DNA of 64,000 bases, taken from IMG/VR virus record IMGVR_UViG_3300025870_000010, positions 1 to 64,000 of that record. One strand, written 5' to 3'. Below are positions 1 to 9,476 of this stretch, piece by piece. Both the position numbers and the translations under genes were made by a program. The notes under the pieces were generated by a model, which saw only the letters and a program-made list of their open reading frames with translations, did not search any database and was not told the origin of the DNA. The stretch comes from a virus. How positions within the stretch are numbered: the first letter of the stretch is position 1; each line of letters begins with the position of its first letter.

Positions 1-100
1 GATTCCGAATATTTTTCTTTCAGTAAGGAATTTATTATTCCTAAATCTTCTTTGTCTAATTCATCTTTTACACACAACTTATCAATAAGGGTATTTATTC

Positions 101-370
101 TCATTTTCTTTTGTCTAACTTTGTTTTGATTCTTGATTTAAAAACACCTTTAAGTTCATCCGATGTATAGTACCATTTCATATCAAATTGAGCACTACCT
201 ACCAAAAGAGACCACAAAGTTTTTGCATTTACTTTGAATTCCTGTTCCTTTGAAATAAGGTCTTCGAACTTTAGTATTGTATATTGTCTTATAAATTTAA
301 AAGGAATATAGAGGTACCATCTGTACCTCCATATCTTTACTATTCTATTGCAATCTTGAAATCTTTTCAT
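101..370 (-). CDS. hypothetical protein
   Basis: 89-aa ORF directly downstream of thyA in the same orientation; no recognised motif. Confidence 0.6.
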   Translation of the reverse strand: MKRFQDCNRIVKIWRYRWYLYIPFKFIRQYTILKFEDLISKEQEFKVNAKTLWSLLVGSAQFDMKWYYTSDELKGVFKSRIKTKLDKRK

Positions 371-371
371 A

Positions 372-1346
372 TTAAACTGCTATTGGCATTTTGATTGTTG
401 AGTGTGTATCGTAATCTACTATTTCAAAATCTTCAAATTTATAATCGAATATAGTATCAACTTTGTTTAACTTTAATTTAGGCAAAACATCGGTTTTAGA
501 TTCTCTAGTCAATTGTTCTTGAATTTGTTCTATATGATTATCATATATATGAACATCACCTAAGTTACCAATCAATTCACCAGCAATCATATTAGTTTGT
601 TGTGCAATCATTTCTAATAATAAACCGTAACTTGCAATATTAAAAGGTAAACCAAGTCCAGTATCAACACTTCTTTGGTTCCACATTAATGAGATTTCTC
701 TTTTAGGAATATTTGCATTATCAAAAAGTTCATCATCCGTCATAATATCAAGAGTAGGATTTTTTTTATTCCACATATCATATCTTTCTTTATAACTCAA
801 TTCTCTAGTCCAAACTTGAAATCCATAATGACAAGGTGGTAATGCCATTTGTTCAATTTCACCAACATTCCAAGCACTTACCATAATTCTACGAGAATCT
901 GGTGACCCCATCAACGAATTAATTAAATTTTTAATTTGATTGATACCGTTTGTCTTTGTTTGAATATATTCATAATATCCTTCATCATTCTTTTTTGCAC
1001 TTAAACCGACTTGTGTTTTTCCTGACCAATCAACCCATTGCTTACCATACACAGGACCAAGGTCACCCATCAAATCTGCCCATTCATCCCAAATAGAAAC
1101 CTTATTTTCTTGCAAGTATTCTATATTAGTATCCCCACTTAAAAACCATATCAATTCGTGAATGATAGATTTTGTATGTAGTTTCTTGGTTGTTAATAGT
1201 GGAAATCCATCTTTCATATTAAAACGAATTTGTCTACCGAATACTGATGTTGTTCCCGTTCCTGTTCGGTCTCCTTTTTGATGCCCATTTTCTAGGATAT
1301 CTTTTAAAAGGTCATGATATACTTTATCTGTTTTATTTAAACTCAT
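372..1346 (-). CDS. thyA: thymidylate synthase (ThyA)
   Basis: DRTGTGT, FPLLTTKK, LGPVYGKQW, catalytic MALPPCH, QRSVD..LGLPFNIASY, GDVHIYDNH; two insertions relative to the ~264-aa bacterial enzyme. Confidence 0.97.
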   Translation of the reverse strand: MSLNKTDKVYHDLLKDILENGHQKGDRTGTGTTSVFGRQIRFNMKDGFPLLTTKKLHTKSIIHELIWFLSGDTNIEYLQENKVSIWDEWADLMGDLGPVYGKQWVDWSGKTQVGLSAKKNDEGYYEYIQTKTNGINQIKNLINSLMGSPDSRRIMVSAWNVGEIEQMALPPCHYGFQVWTRELSYKERYDMWNKKNPTLDIMTDDELFDNANIPKREISLMWNQRSVDTGLGLPFNIASYGLLLEMIAQQTNMIAGELIGNLGDVHIYDNHIEQIQEQLTRESKTDVLPKLKLNKVDTIFDYKFEDFEIVDYDTHSTIKMPIAV

Positions 1347-1352
1347 ATGCTC

Positions 1353-1919
1353 TTAGATTATTTCATCAACTACTCCTAACTCTAATGCTTCATCAGATTC
1401 TAAATACCAATCTAATTTTCTTTTGTAAACTTTCTTTAATTGTTTCTTAGAAATGTTAGTATTTTCTAAAGTTAGTTTTTCTAATTTATCTTGTAGTTTA
1501 GAAGATTGTTCAACACTTTCTTTCATTTCTTTAACAGTTCCAATAGTCCCACCAGAAACTTGATGATACAAAGGTGTTGAATGTTTATGTGCAAATCTTT
1601 TATGACCACAAATAAGCATAATAAATCCACAACTCATTGCAGCTCCTGTACATATTGTATGAATAGGGGTTTTTGAATTTTGCATTACTGAAACCAATCC
1701 AAGTATTTGATAAACATAACCTCCATAAGAATCTATAAAAATTTCAATAGGTGGTCTCTTATATTTTAGACCATTGATTTTGTATAATTTCTTTAGGTAT
1801 GTATCATCAGCATTAATATCTAAAATCTTTTGTGTAATATCTCCTATTGTTTTTTGGTCAACTTGTTTGTTAAACAATAGTGTTCTTTCCATAGGTAACG
1901 GTAATCCATCTGTACTCAT
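1353..1919 (-). CDS. clpP: ClpP-like serine protease subunit
   Basis: IFIDSYGG, TICTGAAMSCG (catalytic Ser), KRFAHKHSTPLYHQ (His), DWYLESDEALELGVVDEII. Confidence 0.9.
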   Translation of the reverse strand: MSTDGLPLPMERTLLFNKQVDQKTIGDITQKILDINADDTYLKKLYKINGLKYKRPPIEIFIDSYGGYVYQILGLVSVMQNSKTPIHTICTGAAMSCGFIMLICGHKRFAHKHSTPLYHQVSGGTIGTVKEMKESVEQSSKLQDKLEKLTLENTNISKKQLKKVYKRKLDWYLESDEALELGVVDEII

Positions 1920-1936
1920 ATTTTATCTTTTTAAGT

Positions 1937-1949
1937 TATACATATTAAA
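1937..1949 (-). promoter_or_regulatory. candidate middle-promoter motif TTTAATATGTATA
   Basis: Near-identical 13-mers lie 14-19 nt upstream of starts at 1919, 42057 and 50658. Confidence 0.45.
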
Positions 1950-1951
1950 AC

Positions 1952-1983
1952 AAAAAAAAGGAACTAATATTTTAGTTCCCTTT
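1952..1983 (-). terminator. rho-independent terminator
   Basis: ggaactaa-tatt-ttagttcc hairpin with an A-run on the left (U-tract on the minus strand). Confidence 0.8.
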
Positions 1984-1987
1984 AAAT

Positions 1988-2092
1988 TTATTTGTTTAAG
2001 TTTTCTTTTTTCTTTCGTTCCCTTTCGGATTTGAGAGTTGTACAAGTAACTATAATTAAAGCTATAATTACCAATGAAATTTTTACTATCAA
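1988..2092 (-). CDS. putative 34-aa membrane micro-protein (TTG start)
   Basis: Hand-translated LIVKISLVIIALIIVTCTTLKSERERKKKENLNK; fills the gap between the 2098 stop and the terminator. Confidence 0.4.
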   Translation of the reverse strand: MIVKISLVIIALIIVTCTTLKSERERKKKENLNK

Positions 2093-2097
2093 AATAC

Positions 2098-2379
2098 TTA
2101 CAGATTCTTTTTTACAAATTTGATTATGTCATCAATAGTATCAAAAGATTCTTGTTCAAATCCTAAAAAAGACGGTGCTGACAACCAATAACCATCAGTA
2201 TCTCTGTCAAAACTAAATGAACCCACTTGTTTTTTATTTTTGTTAATTTGATATACTTGGTCAGCTGGACTAGCGTGTTTATCTCCTACCAATTCAATAC
2301 CATCAGCATTTATATATTTTTCTGTTTGCCAAACTTTTTGGTATTTTCCTTCGTTAAGAAATTCGTTTAATTGCTTCAT
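2098..2379 (-). CDS. putative internal head protein (capsid-targeting tag)
   Basis: Starts MKQLNEFLNE-G. Confidence 0.7.
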   Translation of the reverse strand: MKQLNEFLNEGKYQKVWQTEKYINADGIELVGDKHASPADQVYQINKNKKQVGSFSFDRDTDGYWLSAPSFLGFEQESFDTIDDIIKFVKKNL

Positions 2380-2405
2380 ACTTGTTTTTTATTTTATTTA
2401 ATTTT

Positions 2406-2717
2406 TTAAATTATTTCTATATTTTTACATTCATCAAATACAAACACAAAGATTTCACCGGTAATATTACTAGTTGTAAATGCATTTGCTTTCCAATCTA
2501 CTTTTTCACCATTATCTAATTCTATTCTTATATTAATAGGGTCGTATTTATCAAAAAGTGATTTCAAAGTACCTTTATCTTTTATACTATACTGTGAACT
2601 ATAAAGAGGAAATTTAGGATAATCTAATTGCACAGACATACCTTTTTTCAAATCCTTGAAATTCGTTATCTTTTCGCCTTCCTTTTTCCTATTAAAAAAT
2701 TCATTTAAAGTTTTCAT
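2406..2717 (-). CDS. putative internal head protein (degenerate tag)
   Basis: Starts MKTLNEFFN; lies in a tagged cluster. Confidence 0.6.
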   Translation of the reverse strand: MKTLNEFFNRKKEGEKITNFKDLKKGMSVQLDYPKFPLYSSQYSIKDKGTLKSLFDKYDPINIRIELDNGEKVDWKANAFTTSNITGEIFVFVFDECKNIEII

Positions 2718-2724
2718 ATATTTT

Positions 2725-3003
2725 TTATTTTTTGTTTTTAAAAATGTTTAAAAAATATTCTAATGCTGATATCCTTCTTTTGTCTGTTATCTTTTTATAT
2801 AACTCTTTTGCAAACTTTATCGGGTTAGATGCTTTATCTAACATATCATATAAATCTGCATGAACTGCCCAAAAATAAGTTTCATCCCTTGTAACATTTT
2901 CTAAAATAGATTTATGTTTATTACCTAAGGCATTGATTATATTTTGTATCGACTTTTGTTTAAGAAGATTATATTCATCACTGTGTTCTTTAAGACTTTT
3001 CAA
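2725..3003 (-). CDS. hypothetical protein, possible internal head protein
   Basis: TTG start, MKSLKEH, ILE site; lies in a tagged cluster. Confidence 0.5.
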   Translation of the reverse strand: MKSLKEHSDEYNLLKQKSIQNIINALGNKHKSILENVTRDETYFWAVHADLYDMLDKASNPIKFAKELYKKITDKRRISALEYFLNIFKNKK

Positions 3004-3017
3004 ATCATGTGTTTATT

Positions 3018-4133
3018 TTATCCCCAGTAATTACTTGGTGGTACATATCCAGCAATTTTCTTAACTACCTCGTCAGTTACTTTTTTAGCATCAATACCTT
3101 TTCCGGCTGATTTTACCTTAATATAATTAGCATCTTTAATATAAGAACCACCTTTTCCAGATTTTGCTATTGTAGAATCAACACCTCTTTTGTTGAATGC
3201 ATACCAAACATCACCATCTAAATATTTTTTAATATCTTTACCCATATCAAGAATATCTTTTGCTGTTTGTGCGGCACCTCTATGAGTATCCATTAAAATT
3301 TCTTCTGGAACTTGTCTACTTCTTTCTTTATTTTGTGCAATTGCAACATTATAAGAATTGATAACCCAAACAAGATGAACATTTATTTTTTCATATCCTA
3401 AAGATTCAATATCAGCAGAAATACTTCTTAACTTGTTTAAGTTCTTTAAAGTAACATCAAAAATAAGATTTGGTTTTCTATCTACCGGTGCCATTAAAAT
3501 ACCAGCATATCTTGCAAGTTTTCTTTTATCAATTACATTTAATTCTTCATCTAAGATTGTGTGTAAAGTACTAACATCATTAGGATTTTTCAAATTGAAT
3601 TTTGAAATATCTTTTCCTGTTGCTTCCTCTGCCATTTTCTTAATCATATCAGATTTTAATGCTAATGCTTTAACTTCATCAACATCATAAACTTGACCTT
3701 CGATTCCCATAAGGTTATCTTTTACAAAACCTTTACCAGAACCAGCACCACCAGCAAGTAAAACTGCATTTCCAAATTTAGGATATGCTTTACCTCCGAA
3801 TGTAATAAGTTTTTCATTTAATTCAAAAACTTCACTTTCGTAAACTTTATAATCATTACCATCTTCAACTGAAGGGTTTCCATTTTTGTCTATAACAATA
3901 ACACCTATGTCACTGAATTTACCAAATTTCTTTTTAATGTTTTTATCGTGATTTGTAAATATTTCAACACTTTCTGGGTCATCCCAAAATAAAACACCAG
4001 AATCAATAACTTTGAATCCGTTACCTTTTTTATCAATTGCAATATCACCCGGCATTACTAATGCTAAATCTTTGACCGATGCACTTTCATTTATTCCTTT
4101 TAGTTCTTTTCTAAAAATATCTAATCCTTTCAT
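3018..4133 (-). CDS. P-loop kinase of zeta-toxin/PNK-like type with N-terminal extension
   Basis: Walker A LLAGGAGSGKG, VYDVDE, LIFDVT, lid-like NKERSRQVP; INE and LNE sites precede the kinase domain; late promoter at 4153-4159. Confidence 0.75.
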   Translation of the reverse strand: MKGLDIFRKELKGINESASVKDLALVMPGDIAIDKKGNGFKVIDSGVLFWDDPESVEIFTNHDKNIKKKFGKFSDIGVIVIDKNGNPSVEDGNDYKVYESEVFELNEKLITFGGKAYPKFGNAVLLAGGAGSGKGFVKDNLMGIEGQVYDVDEVKALALKSDMIKKMAEEATGKDISKFNLKNPNDVSTLHTILDEELNVIDKRKLARYAGILMAPVDRKPNLIFDVTLKNLNKLRSISADIESLGYEKINVHLVWVINSYNVAIAQNKERSRQVPEEILMDTHRGAAQTAKDILDMGKDIKKYLDGDVWYAFNKRGVDSTIAKSGKGGSYIKDANYIKVKSAGKGIDAKKVTDEVVKKIAGYVPPSNYWG

Positions 4134-4164
4134 AATTTATTATTTGTTTTCTTATTTAACTCAC

Positions 4165-4503
4165 CTATTTCCAAAAGCATTGTACTAAAACAATAACCAA
4201 ACTTAGCCCCAAACAAACTAATGTCTTGGGGCTAAAATCTGCACCTATAAAAAAATGTGTGAATATTCCAAAGACAATAGTGTTAACACTAAATCCAATG
4301 AAACGTAATGTCCAGGCACTATCAAAAATAATTGCTCCGGCCTTTGTTGCTTCTACGAAAAAAATACTTGCACCTAATCCCATAAGATAAACTAGGAAAG
4401 TGTACTTAGACAAAAAAGATGCAAATCTAATCGGAGCAACTCCTTGAAACCAGATAATGACATCTGTCAAAATCAACAAGGTAAAATATAATAGATATTT
4501 CAT
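4165..4503 (-). CDS. small 4-TM membrane protein (SMR/DMT-like size and topology)
   Basis: 112 aa with four hydrophobic segments. Confidence 0.6.
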   Translation of the reverse strand: MKYLLYFTLLILTDVIIWFQGVAPIRFASFLSKYTFLVYLMGLGASIFFVEATKAGAIIFDSAWTLRFIGFSVNTIVFGIFTHFFIGADFSPKTLVCLGLSLVIVLVQCFWK

Positions 4504-5315
4504 TAAAAAGTTATAGAATTGTCAATAAGACTTTTTTCTATTTTTTCGATTAGTCTATTTGCAATAGTTCTACTATGAATAGAAATTGATTTGGTCCTAG
4601 TCATCCACTTTAAAAAACCTAGTGATTCTTTAGAATCCATTTTCAATATGTTTTCATCTTTCAATTTACCTTTTGCAAAAAACACATCTTTATCTTCTCT
4701 TCTGAAAAAATTATCTGTATCAATAGTATCCGAAGATGATATCAATTCGTATTCTCCTTTAGTATCTATCAACTTGTCTAATATTTCAATGGTTGCAGTA
4801 ACATCACTTTTTGCTTCGTGAGCTGTACCCATATCACCACCAACAATCCTGGAATGAACTCCTTCTAAGGTATTAGGATATAATTGTCTATATATGTCAT
4901 ATACATCAATTCTTTTGTTTTGAAGAATATTTACAGAACTAGGTATCTTTGCTTGTAGAAATTTTTCGATAATAAAAGGAATGTCAAATCTATTAGAACA
5001 ATATCCACAAAGAATAGTACCTTTAGAAAAATAGTTTTCATAAATAGACTTTGCTTTTTCACTAAAGTAAGGATATCCTACTAATGATTCATTTGTGATT
5101 CCGTGCTTTTCTAATGCCTCTTCTCTTACTGGAACATTAGTATTATAGTACGAATCGTTTTCTATAAATTCTTTACCATCATATTTACATACATACAATT
5201 CTATGATTTCATCAGTTATTTTATCAATCCCTGTTGATTCGATATCAAAAAATGTTATAGGTGCTTTTGTTGTTTCATACAATTTAACGAGTATTTCTCT
5301 TACGTCTTTTTTCAT
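4503..5315 (-). CDS. DEDDh 3'-5' exonuclease (DnaQ/Pol III epsilon-like)
   Basis: ExoI FFDIESTG, HGIT, ExoII GYCSNRFDIPF, ExoIII AHEAKSDV. Confidence 0.9.
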   Translation of the reverse strand: MKKDVREILVKLYETTKAPITFFDIESTGIDKITDEIIELYVCKYDGKEFIENDSYYNTNVPVREEALEKHGITNESLVGYPYFSEKAKSIYENYFSKGTILCGYCSNRFDIPFIIEKFLQAKIPSSVNILQNKRIDVYDIYRQLYPNTLEGVHSRIVGGDMGTAHEAKSDVTATIEILDKLIDTKGEYELISSSDTIDTDNFFRREDKDVFFAKGKLKDENILKMDSKESLGFLKWMTRTKSISIHSRTIANRLIEKIEKSLIDNSITF

Positions 5316-5393
5316 TTTTTAGATGTGTAATATTATTAATAACTTTCTATATATTAAAGTTTTTTTAATGTAAAAATATTTTAAATTTGATAC

Positions 5394-5425
5394 AAAAAGA
5401 GCAACTAAATTGTTGCTCTTTGTTT
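5394..5425. terminator. rho-independent terminator
   Basis: aaagagcaac-taaatt-gttgctcttt hairpin. Confidence 0.75.
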
Positions 5426-5689
5426 TTAACTTTCTAATAAGTCGTATAGTTTACTTTCCGTTGTCAAGTATCTGGAGATCAATTCTAGCTCCGAATAGTT
5501 TGGTCCTTTCATAATTCTAAGTTCTTTAGAATCTGTTTTAAAAACAATAGAATTTGTTGTTTTACAGAAGTACGGTTCGCTTTTTAATTCTTGTTCTATT
5601 TCTTTGATTTCATTAACATTTGTTTCATCAAAGTCTTTCCACACTATTTTAGTGTTTCCTTTTTGTACTATGTTCCAAGTATCTTTCAT
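5426..5689 (-). CDS. hypothetical protein
   Basis: 87-aa ORF in the operon. Confidence 0.6.
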   Translation of the reverse strand: MKDTWNIVQKGNTKIVWKDFDETNVNEIKEIEQELKSEPYFCKTTNSIVFKTDSKELRIMKGPNYSELELISRYLTTESKLYDLLES

Positions 5690-5720
5690 TTGTTCTATTT
5701 TTAAATATTCGTATTAGTTT

Positions 5721-6047
5721 TTAATTAGTCCAATCATTGTAATAACCATTATCGTATAGGGTAAGATGTATTGCAAAGGTTTCTTTAAAGTTTTTTGATA
5801 TACTACCGTCAGTATCGTGCTTGCTTATCATAAATAAATAATATGCGGAATCTTCGGACATATTAAAATCTTTTGATATTTCATATAAGAAATCATAAAG
5901 TTCACTAGGTTCTTCATAGGTATTAAAACTTTTTGATAAACCACTATGTATTAATGCGTGACTTTTTATTTTATTTGATGCAATTTCGATCTCATATAGA
6001 CAAGACAATTTTATTGTACTTAGAATTTCTTCTGCAAATGTTATCAT
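5721..6047 (-). CDS. hypothetical protein
   Basis: Start moved to ATG 6047, immediately after the amidase stop. Confidence 0.55.
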   Translation of the reverse strand: MITFAEEILSTIKLSCLYEIEIASNKIKSHALIHSGLSKSFNTYEEPSELYDFLYEISKDFNMSEDSAYYLFMISKHDTDGSISKNFKETFAIHLTLYDNGYYNDWTN

Positions 6048-6048
6048 A

Positions 6049-6708
6049 CTATTGTTTATTATATGAATCCTGGATTCTTGCAAATCCGTTGACTATTGCT
6101 TTTGCAACTTGATGTTGAGTTCCAACATCTATCATTTTTTTACAATCTGATAAGTTATCAAAGAACCACATTTCTAATAGCATTGCCGGCATAGATGTAT
6201 TTTTCAATACGTAATAGTTTGCTTCTTTATCAACATCACCATCGGACCATTTGTCCATTCTGTACTTTTCATCAGGAAAGAAATCTACAATTGAATCAAA
6301 AACCATTGTTGCTAATTCATCACTTTTAGTTTGTCCTTTGCTAGTAAAGATTTCTATGCCGTGTGCTTTTCCGGCACCCGATGCATTTCCGTGCATTGAA
6401 AAATATACACAATCTTTATCTTTTTTGTGATATGAATTTGCCATTGAAACTCTTTCCTTTAACGATATATCATTTTCAGAATCGACAATATCTAAATAAG
6501 ACATTCCTCTAATAGCCATTATGTTTTTTACTATTCCAATTACTTGTCTGTTAAAAACCCCTTCATAGAATGAAATATCTTCTTCAGGATGATACCAACT
6601 CTTTTTCCAGGTGGATTTGTCATTCTTGTCAAAGGTGGGTGCAGTTGTATATTTTCCATCAACTATCCCACCATGTCCGGCATCTAATAAAAATGTAATT
6701 TTTGACAT
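6049..6708 (-). CDS. N-acetylmuramoyl-L-alanine amidase (Amidase_3), probable endolysin
   Basis: LLDAGHGG, YEGVFN, SLKERV, SMHGNA, GIEIF, YYVLKNTSMPAMLLE. Confidence 0.9.
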   Translation of the reverse strand: MSKITFLLDAGHGGIVDGKYTTAPTFDKNDKSTWKKSWYHPEEDISFYEGVFNRQVIGIVKNIMAIRGMSYLDIVDSENDISLKERVSMANSYHKKDKDCVYFSMHGNASGAGKAHGIEIFTSKGQTKSDELATMVFDSIVDFFPDEKYRMDKWSDGDVDKEANYYVLKNTSMPAMLLEMWFFDNLSDCKKMIDVGTQHQVAKAIVNGFARIQDSYNKQ

Positions 6709-7047
6709 TTACTTTAGTTTTTTTGTTAGTTTTTCGATCTCAATATCATATTTGTGCATTATGTCATCAGGTCTTTCTTTAGTTCTAATGATTGCATTAT
6801 TATAATACAAATTTCTTTTTGAAATTTTATATCCTTCTAGTTCTAACAATAATTGAAAGTTGTTTAATGTAATTGTACTGTCAGCTAAAACTTTAATTTC
6901 TGTTTTTAAGGAATCAACTTCTAAAGTCAATTTCTTATTTTCTTTAATAACTTTACTAGAATTCCTATTTGAGTTGCACGTATATAAAAACGTACAACTC
7001 AAAAGGATAAAAGTTATTAAAGGTAGTTTTTCTAAAAACCTTTTCAT
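6709..7047 (-). CDS. membrane-anchored coiled-coil protein (possible spanin or lipoprotein)
   Basis: MKRFLEKLPLITFILLSCTFLYTC signal/TM segment followed by heptad-rich region; abuts the amidase. Start moved to 7047 to remove the overlap. Confidence 0.45.
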   Translation of the reverse strand: MKRFLEKLPLITFILLSCTFLYTCNSNRNSSKVIKENKKLTLEVDSLKTEIKVLADSTITLNNFQLLLELEGYKISKRNLYYNNAIIRTKERPDDIMHKYDIEIEKLTKKLK

Positions 7048-7051
7048 AATT

Positions 7052-7588
7052 TTAATTATTAGCTTCTTCAGTTTGTTTAGCTGCCATTGCTTCTTGCATT
7101 GCAACTTCTGGGGTAATACCCATTTCTGCAGCCTGTAATTCGAAACCAGCATCTCTTAATGTTTGCTCGTCTTTACCAATTTGATTTTGAATAATTTCGG
7201 CAAGTGATGTCAACAATTCAGAAACTTGAGATACTTGGTCAACCCCAACATATTTATTGGTTGCGACAAATTGAAACAATGCTCTGATTGATTCTTTAGT
7301 AACATTAGCAATAGATTCTGGTTTTAATTCAGAAACTAATTTTTGAGCTGCCGAAATGTCCCAAGCTTGTTGTCCTACCCATTCTACTTTAGGTAAAATT
7401 TCCATTGTTAATAATGCAATAGAACCTTGCGACAACGAAAGTTCATATGTCTTTTCACTGTATTCTTTTTGAATTGCTTCAAAAGATTTACCAAGTTCTT
7501 CAAAAGTAGATGATTCAATATCACTACCTAACACTCTTTGTACTTTTTCTTCAGCAACCGAAGTTTCTAAGGTTTTAACTTTTCCCAT
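7052..7588 (-). CDS. hypothetical protein
   Basis: 178-aa acidic helical ORF. Confidence 0.65.
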   Translation of the reverse strand: MGKVKTLETSVAEEKVQRVLGSDIESSTFEELGKSFEAIQKEYSEKTYELSLSQGSIALLTMEILPKVEWVGQQAWDISAAQKLVSELKPESIANVTKESIRALFQFVATNKYVGVDQVSQVSELLTSLAEIIQNQIGKDEQTLRDAGFELQAAEMGITPEVAMQEAMAAKQTEEANN

Positions 7589-7594
7589 AATTGT

Positions 7595-8101
7595 TTATTT
7601 TAAATTTAAAATTAATATACTATATTTATTGTTTATCAGTAATATACATCTGTCAAATGTAGCACCAATGTTGTAAAGCAAGGCTTGTGGTTCTAATATC
7701 AAATCTGATTTTATGTCTTTGAAATATTCACTTTTTGCTAATTCTACAAATCCTTCTTTAGAATTAAGTAAAATATTCATTATGTAATGTAAACAATCTT
7801 CTTTTTTCAAATCGTAAAGTTTATCAACCCAAACATCTTCGTCATTTTTAAATGGGGATTCAGGAATACTAAATTTATCAATATCTACATTTGATAAACC
7901 ATGTTCGTTTTTATGATTACCTAATACATATGCAAATGTAGAACGCAACATTGATATTTCTTCATAGACATTATCTTCTCCGAAACACATTTGCCAAGCC
8001 TTTGCTGAAATATCTAACTCAGTAAAGCAATTTTCAGAAATGATATTTCTTTTGTCTTCTAAGTCATCCTCATTGATAGGATTAAGTTTTACTTCTTTCA
8101 T
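7595..8101 (-). CDS. hypothetical protein
   Basis: 168-aa ORF. Confidence 0.6.
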   Translation of the reverse strand: MKEVKLNPINEDDLEDKRNIISENCFTELDISAKAWQMCFGEDNVYEEISMLRSTFAYVLGNHKNEHGLSNVDIDKFSIPESPFKNDEDVWVDKLYDLKKEDCLHYIMNILLNSKEGFVELAKSEYFKDIKSDLILEPQALLYNIGATFDRCILLINNKYSILILNLK

Positions 8102-8138
8102 TGTTTTTAATTTATTATATCTTTACTATTAAATGTAA

Positions 8139-8642
8139 TTAAAACCATAAATATTTTATTGCGGCTGAAAAAAGTATTACGATTGATAGTGGTTTTAAAA
8201 TTGTACCTATTATATTCCAAATAGTTTTAGAAAGTGTTACATCGTCATTTTGAATTTTTATGTAACATAGTAATGTAAAAGTATCCGGTATGTGAACCGG
8301 AGCTTGTGGTTCTATCAAAGAAGTAATACCCAAAGGTAGATGCTTATCTAATATTGCTAAACTATTAGAAAGTGCTTTTTCTTTTGTTTCTTGATTCTGA
8401 AACAATTCCTTTGATTTGAAATTTAACGTATAGTAAATATCTCCCGAATAGTATTCAAGTCTAACTGGAGATTGTGTCATACTATTCGGATAATCGAAAT
8501 TGTTTGTAAATGCTTGTTGTAATTTTTGATCTTCTTTACTAAAGAATTCTAAAAGAACTTCTTTTATTTTAGAATGTTCTCGATACTCTTTCCAATAGTT
8601 AACATTGGTAATGAAATCAAAAATTTTATTTGATAAATTCAT
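8139..8642 (-). CDS. hypothetical protein with C-terminal TM helix
   Basis: Hydrophobic C-terminus; start overlaps the sigma-factor stop. Confidence 0.6.
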   Translation of the reverse strand: MNLSNKIFDFITNVNYWKEYREHSKIKEVLLEFFSKEDQKLQQAFTNNFDYPNSMTQSPVRLEYYSGDIYYTLNFKSKELFQNQETKEKALSNSLAILDKHLPLGITSLIEPQAPVHIPDTFTLLCYIKIQNDDVTLSKTIWNIIGTILKPLSIVILFSAAIKYLWF

Positions 8643-9270
8643 GGTATAGGTTTTCGTTAAGTTGTAACTTTTTCTTTGCGTTAAAAATTCTATTTAAAAC
8701 ATTTTGCAATTTAGTATCATACTTTTTTGCAATTTCTTTTGTTTTCATTTGATTACAATATTTATCATGTAACATATTGTAACTAGTTTCATTATCTAAT
8801 AGAGTTTTTATAGTATCCCAAAGGGTATTTATACTTTCGTTTTTTATGAAATCTTCTTGTAGGTCATATGTATAAGAATCTTCAGAAATGTTCTTATCAG
8901 AAATTACCATATTACTTACAATTGGGTCCTCAATATCATATTTGCTAAATTGACCTCCTGTACTTTTATAGTGTCTGATAATATTTTGTTTTACCTTTAG
9001 ATAAATCATAGTACTTATACTGTACTTTACTACATCTATTTTATCAATATCATTCCATATGGAAATCATTGCTTCATTATATGCATCTTCTAAAACTTGA
9101 ACCGGATTATCAAATTTTTTGTAATAGTTTATTACAGACGGTTTCAATGTATCGAAAAGTAATTTGAATTTCTTTTCTGATTTAGTTTCTTTGAACTGAA
9201 TCCCTAATTGTTTGATGTTAACTCTTGCCATACTTTCTACTTTTTTTACTTTTGTTAGTTTACTAAACAT
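8626..9270 (-). CDS. RNA polymerase sigma factor (sigma70/ECF-like)
   Basis: Region 2 LEDAYNEAMISIWNDIDK..YSISTMIY; region 4 HTH MKTKEIAKKYDTKLQNVLNRIFNAKKKL. Confidence 0.85.
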   Translation of the reverse strand: MFSKLTKVKKVESMARVNIKQLGIQFKETKSEKKFKLLFDTLKPSVINYYKKFDNPVQVLEDAYNEAMISIWNDIDKIDVVKYSISTMIYLKVKQNIIRHYKSTGGQFSKYDIEDPIVSNMVISDKNISEDSYTYDLQEDFIKNESINTLWDTIKTLLDNETSYNMLHDKYCNQMKTKEIAKKYDTKLQNVLNRIFNAKKKLQLNENLYHEFIK

Positions 9271-9393
9271 AGTTTCTTAATAGTATATATTACCCCTCAG
9301 AAATCTACTAATTATTAAATGCATTACTAATGGGTTTTATTTTATTAAAATGAACTTTTTTTTAGTTTTTTTTAATTAGTAATACCTCGTCAT

Positions 9394-9425
9394 ACAATAT
9401 ACGAATTAAAAATGACAATTGCAAG
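9394..9425 (-). promoter_or_regulatory. Bacteroidetes-type sigma70 (early) promoter
   Basis: CTTG-N20-TATATTGT versus consensus TTTG-N19/21-TAnnTTTG; upstream of the phage sigma gene. Confidence 0.5.
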
Positions 9426-9467
9426 GAAAAAATAAAAAACTTTTATTTTCTTCTTGTATTTTTTGTT

Positions 9468-9476
9468 GATTAAATA
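9468..9476 (+). promoter_or_regulatory. late promoter GATTAAATA
   Basis: T4 TATAAATA-like motif 20 nt upstream of the tail sheath gene; recurs before most structural genes. Confidence 0.75.

Noticed and set aside
3018-4133. Toxin-antitoxin (epsilon/zeta) pair
   Set aside because: No cognate antitoxin evident; late promoter and cleavage sites fit head cargo better
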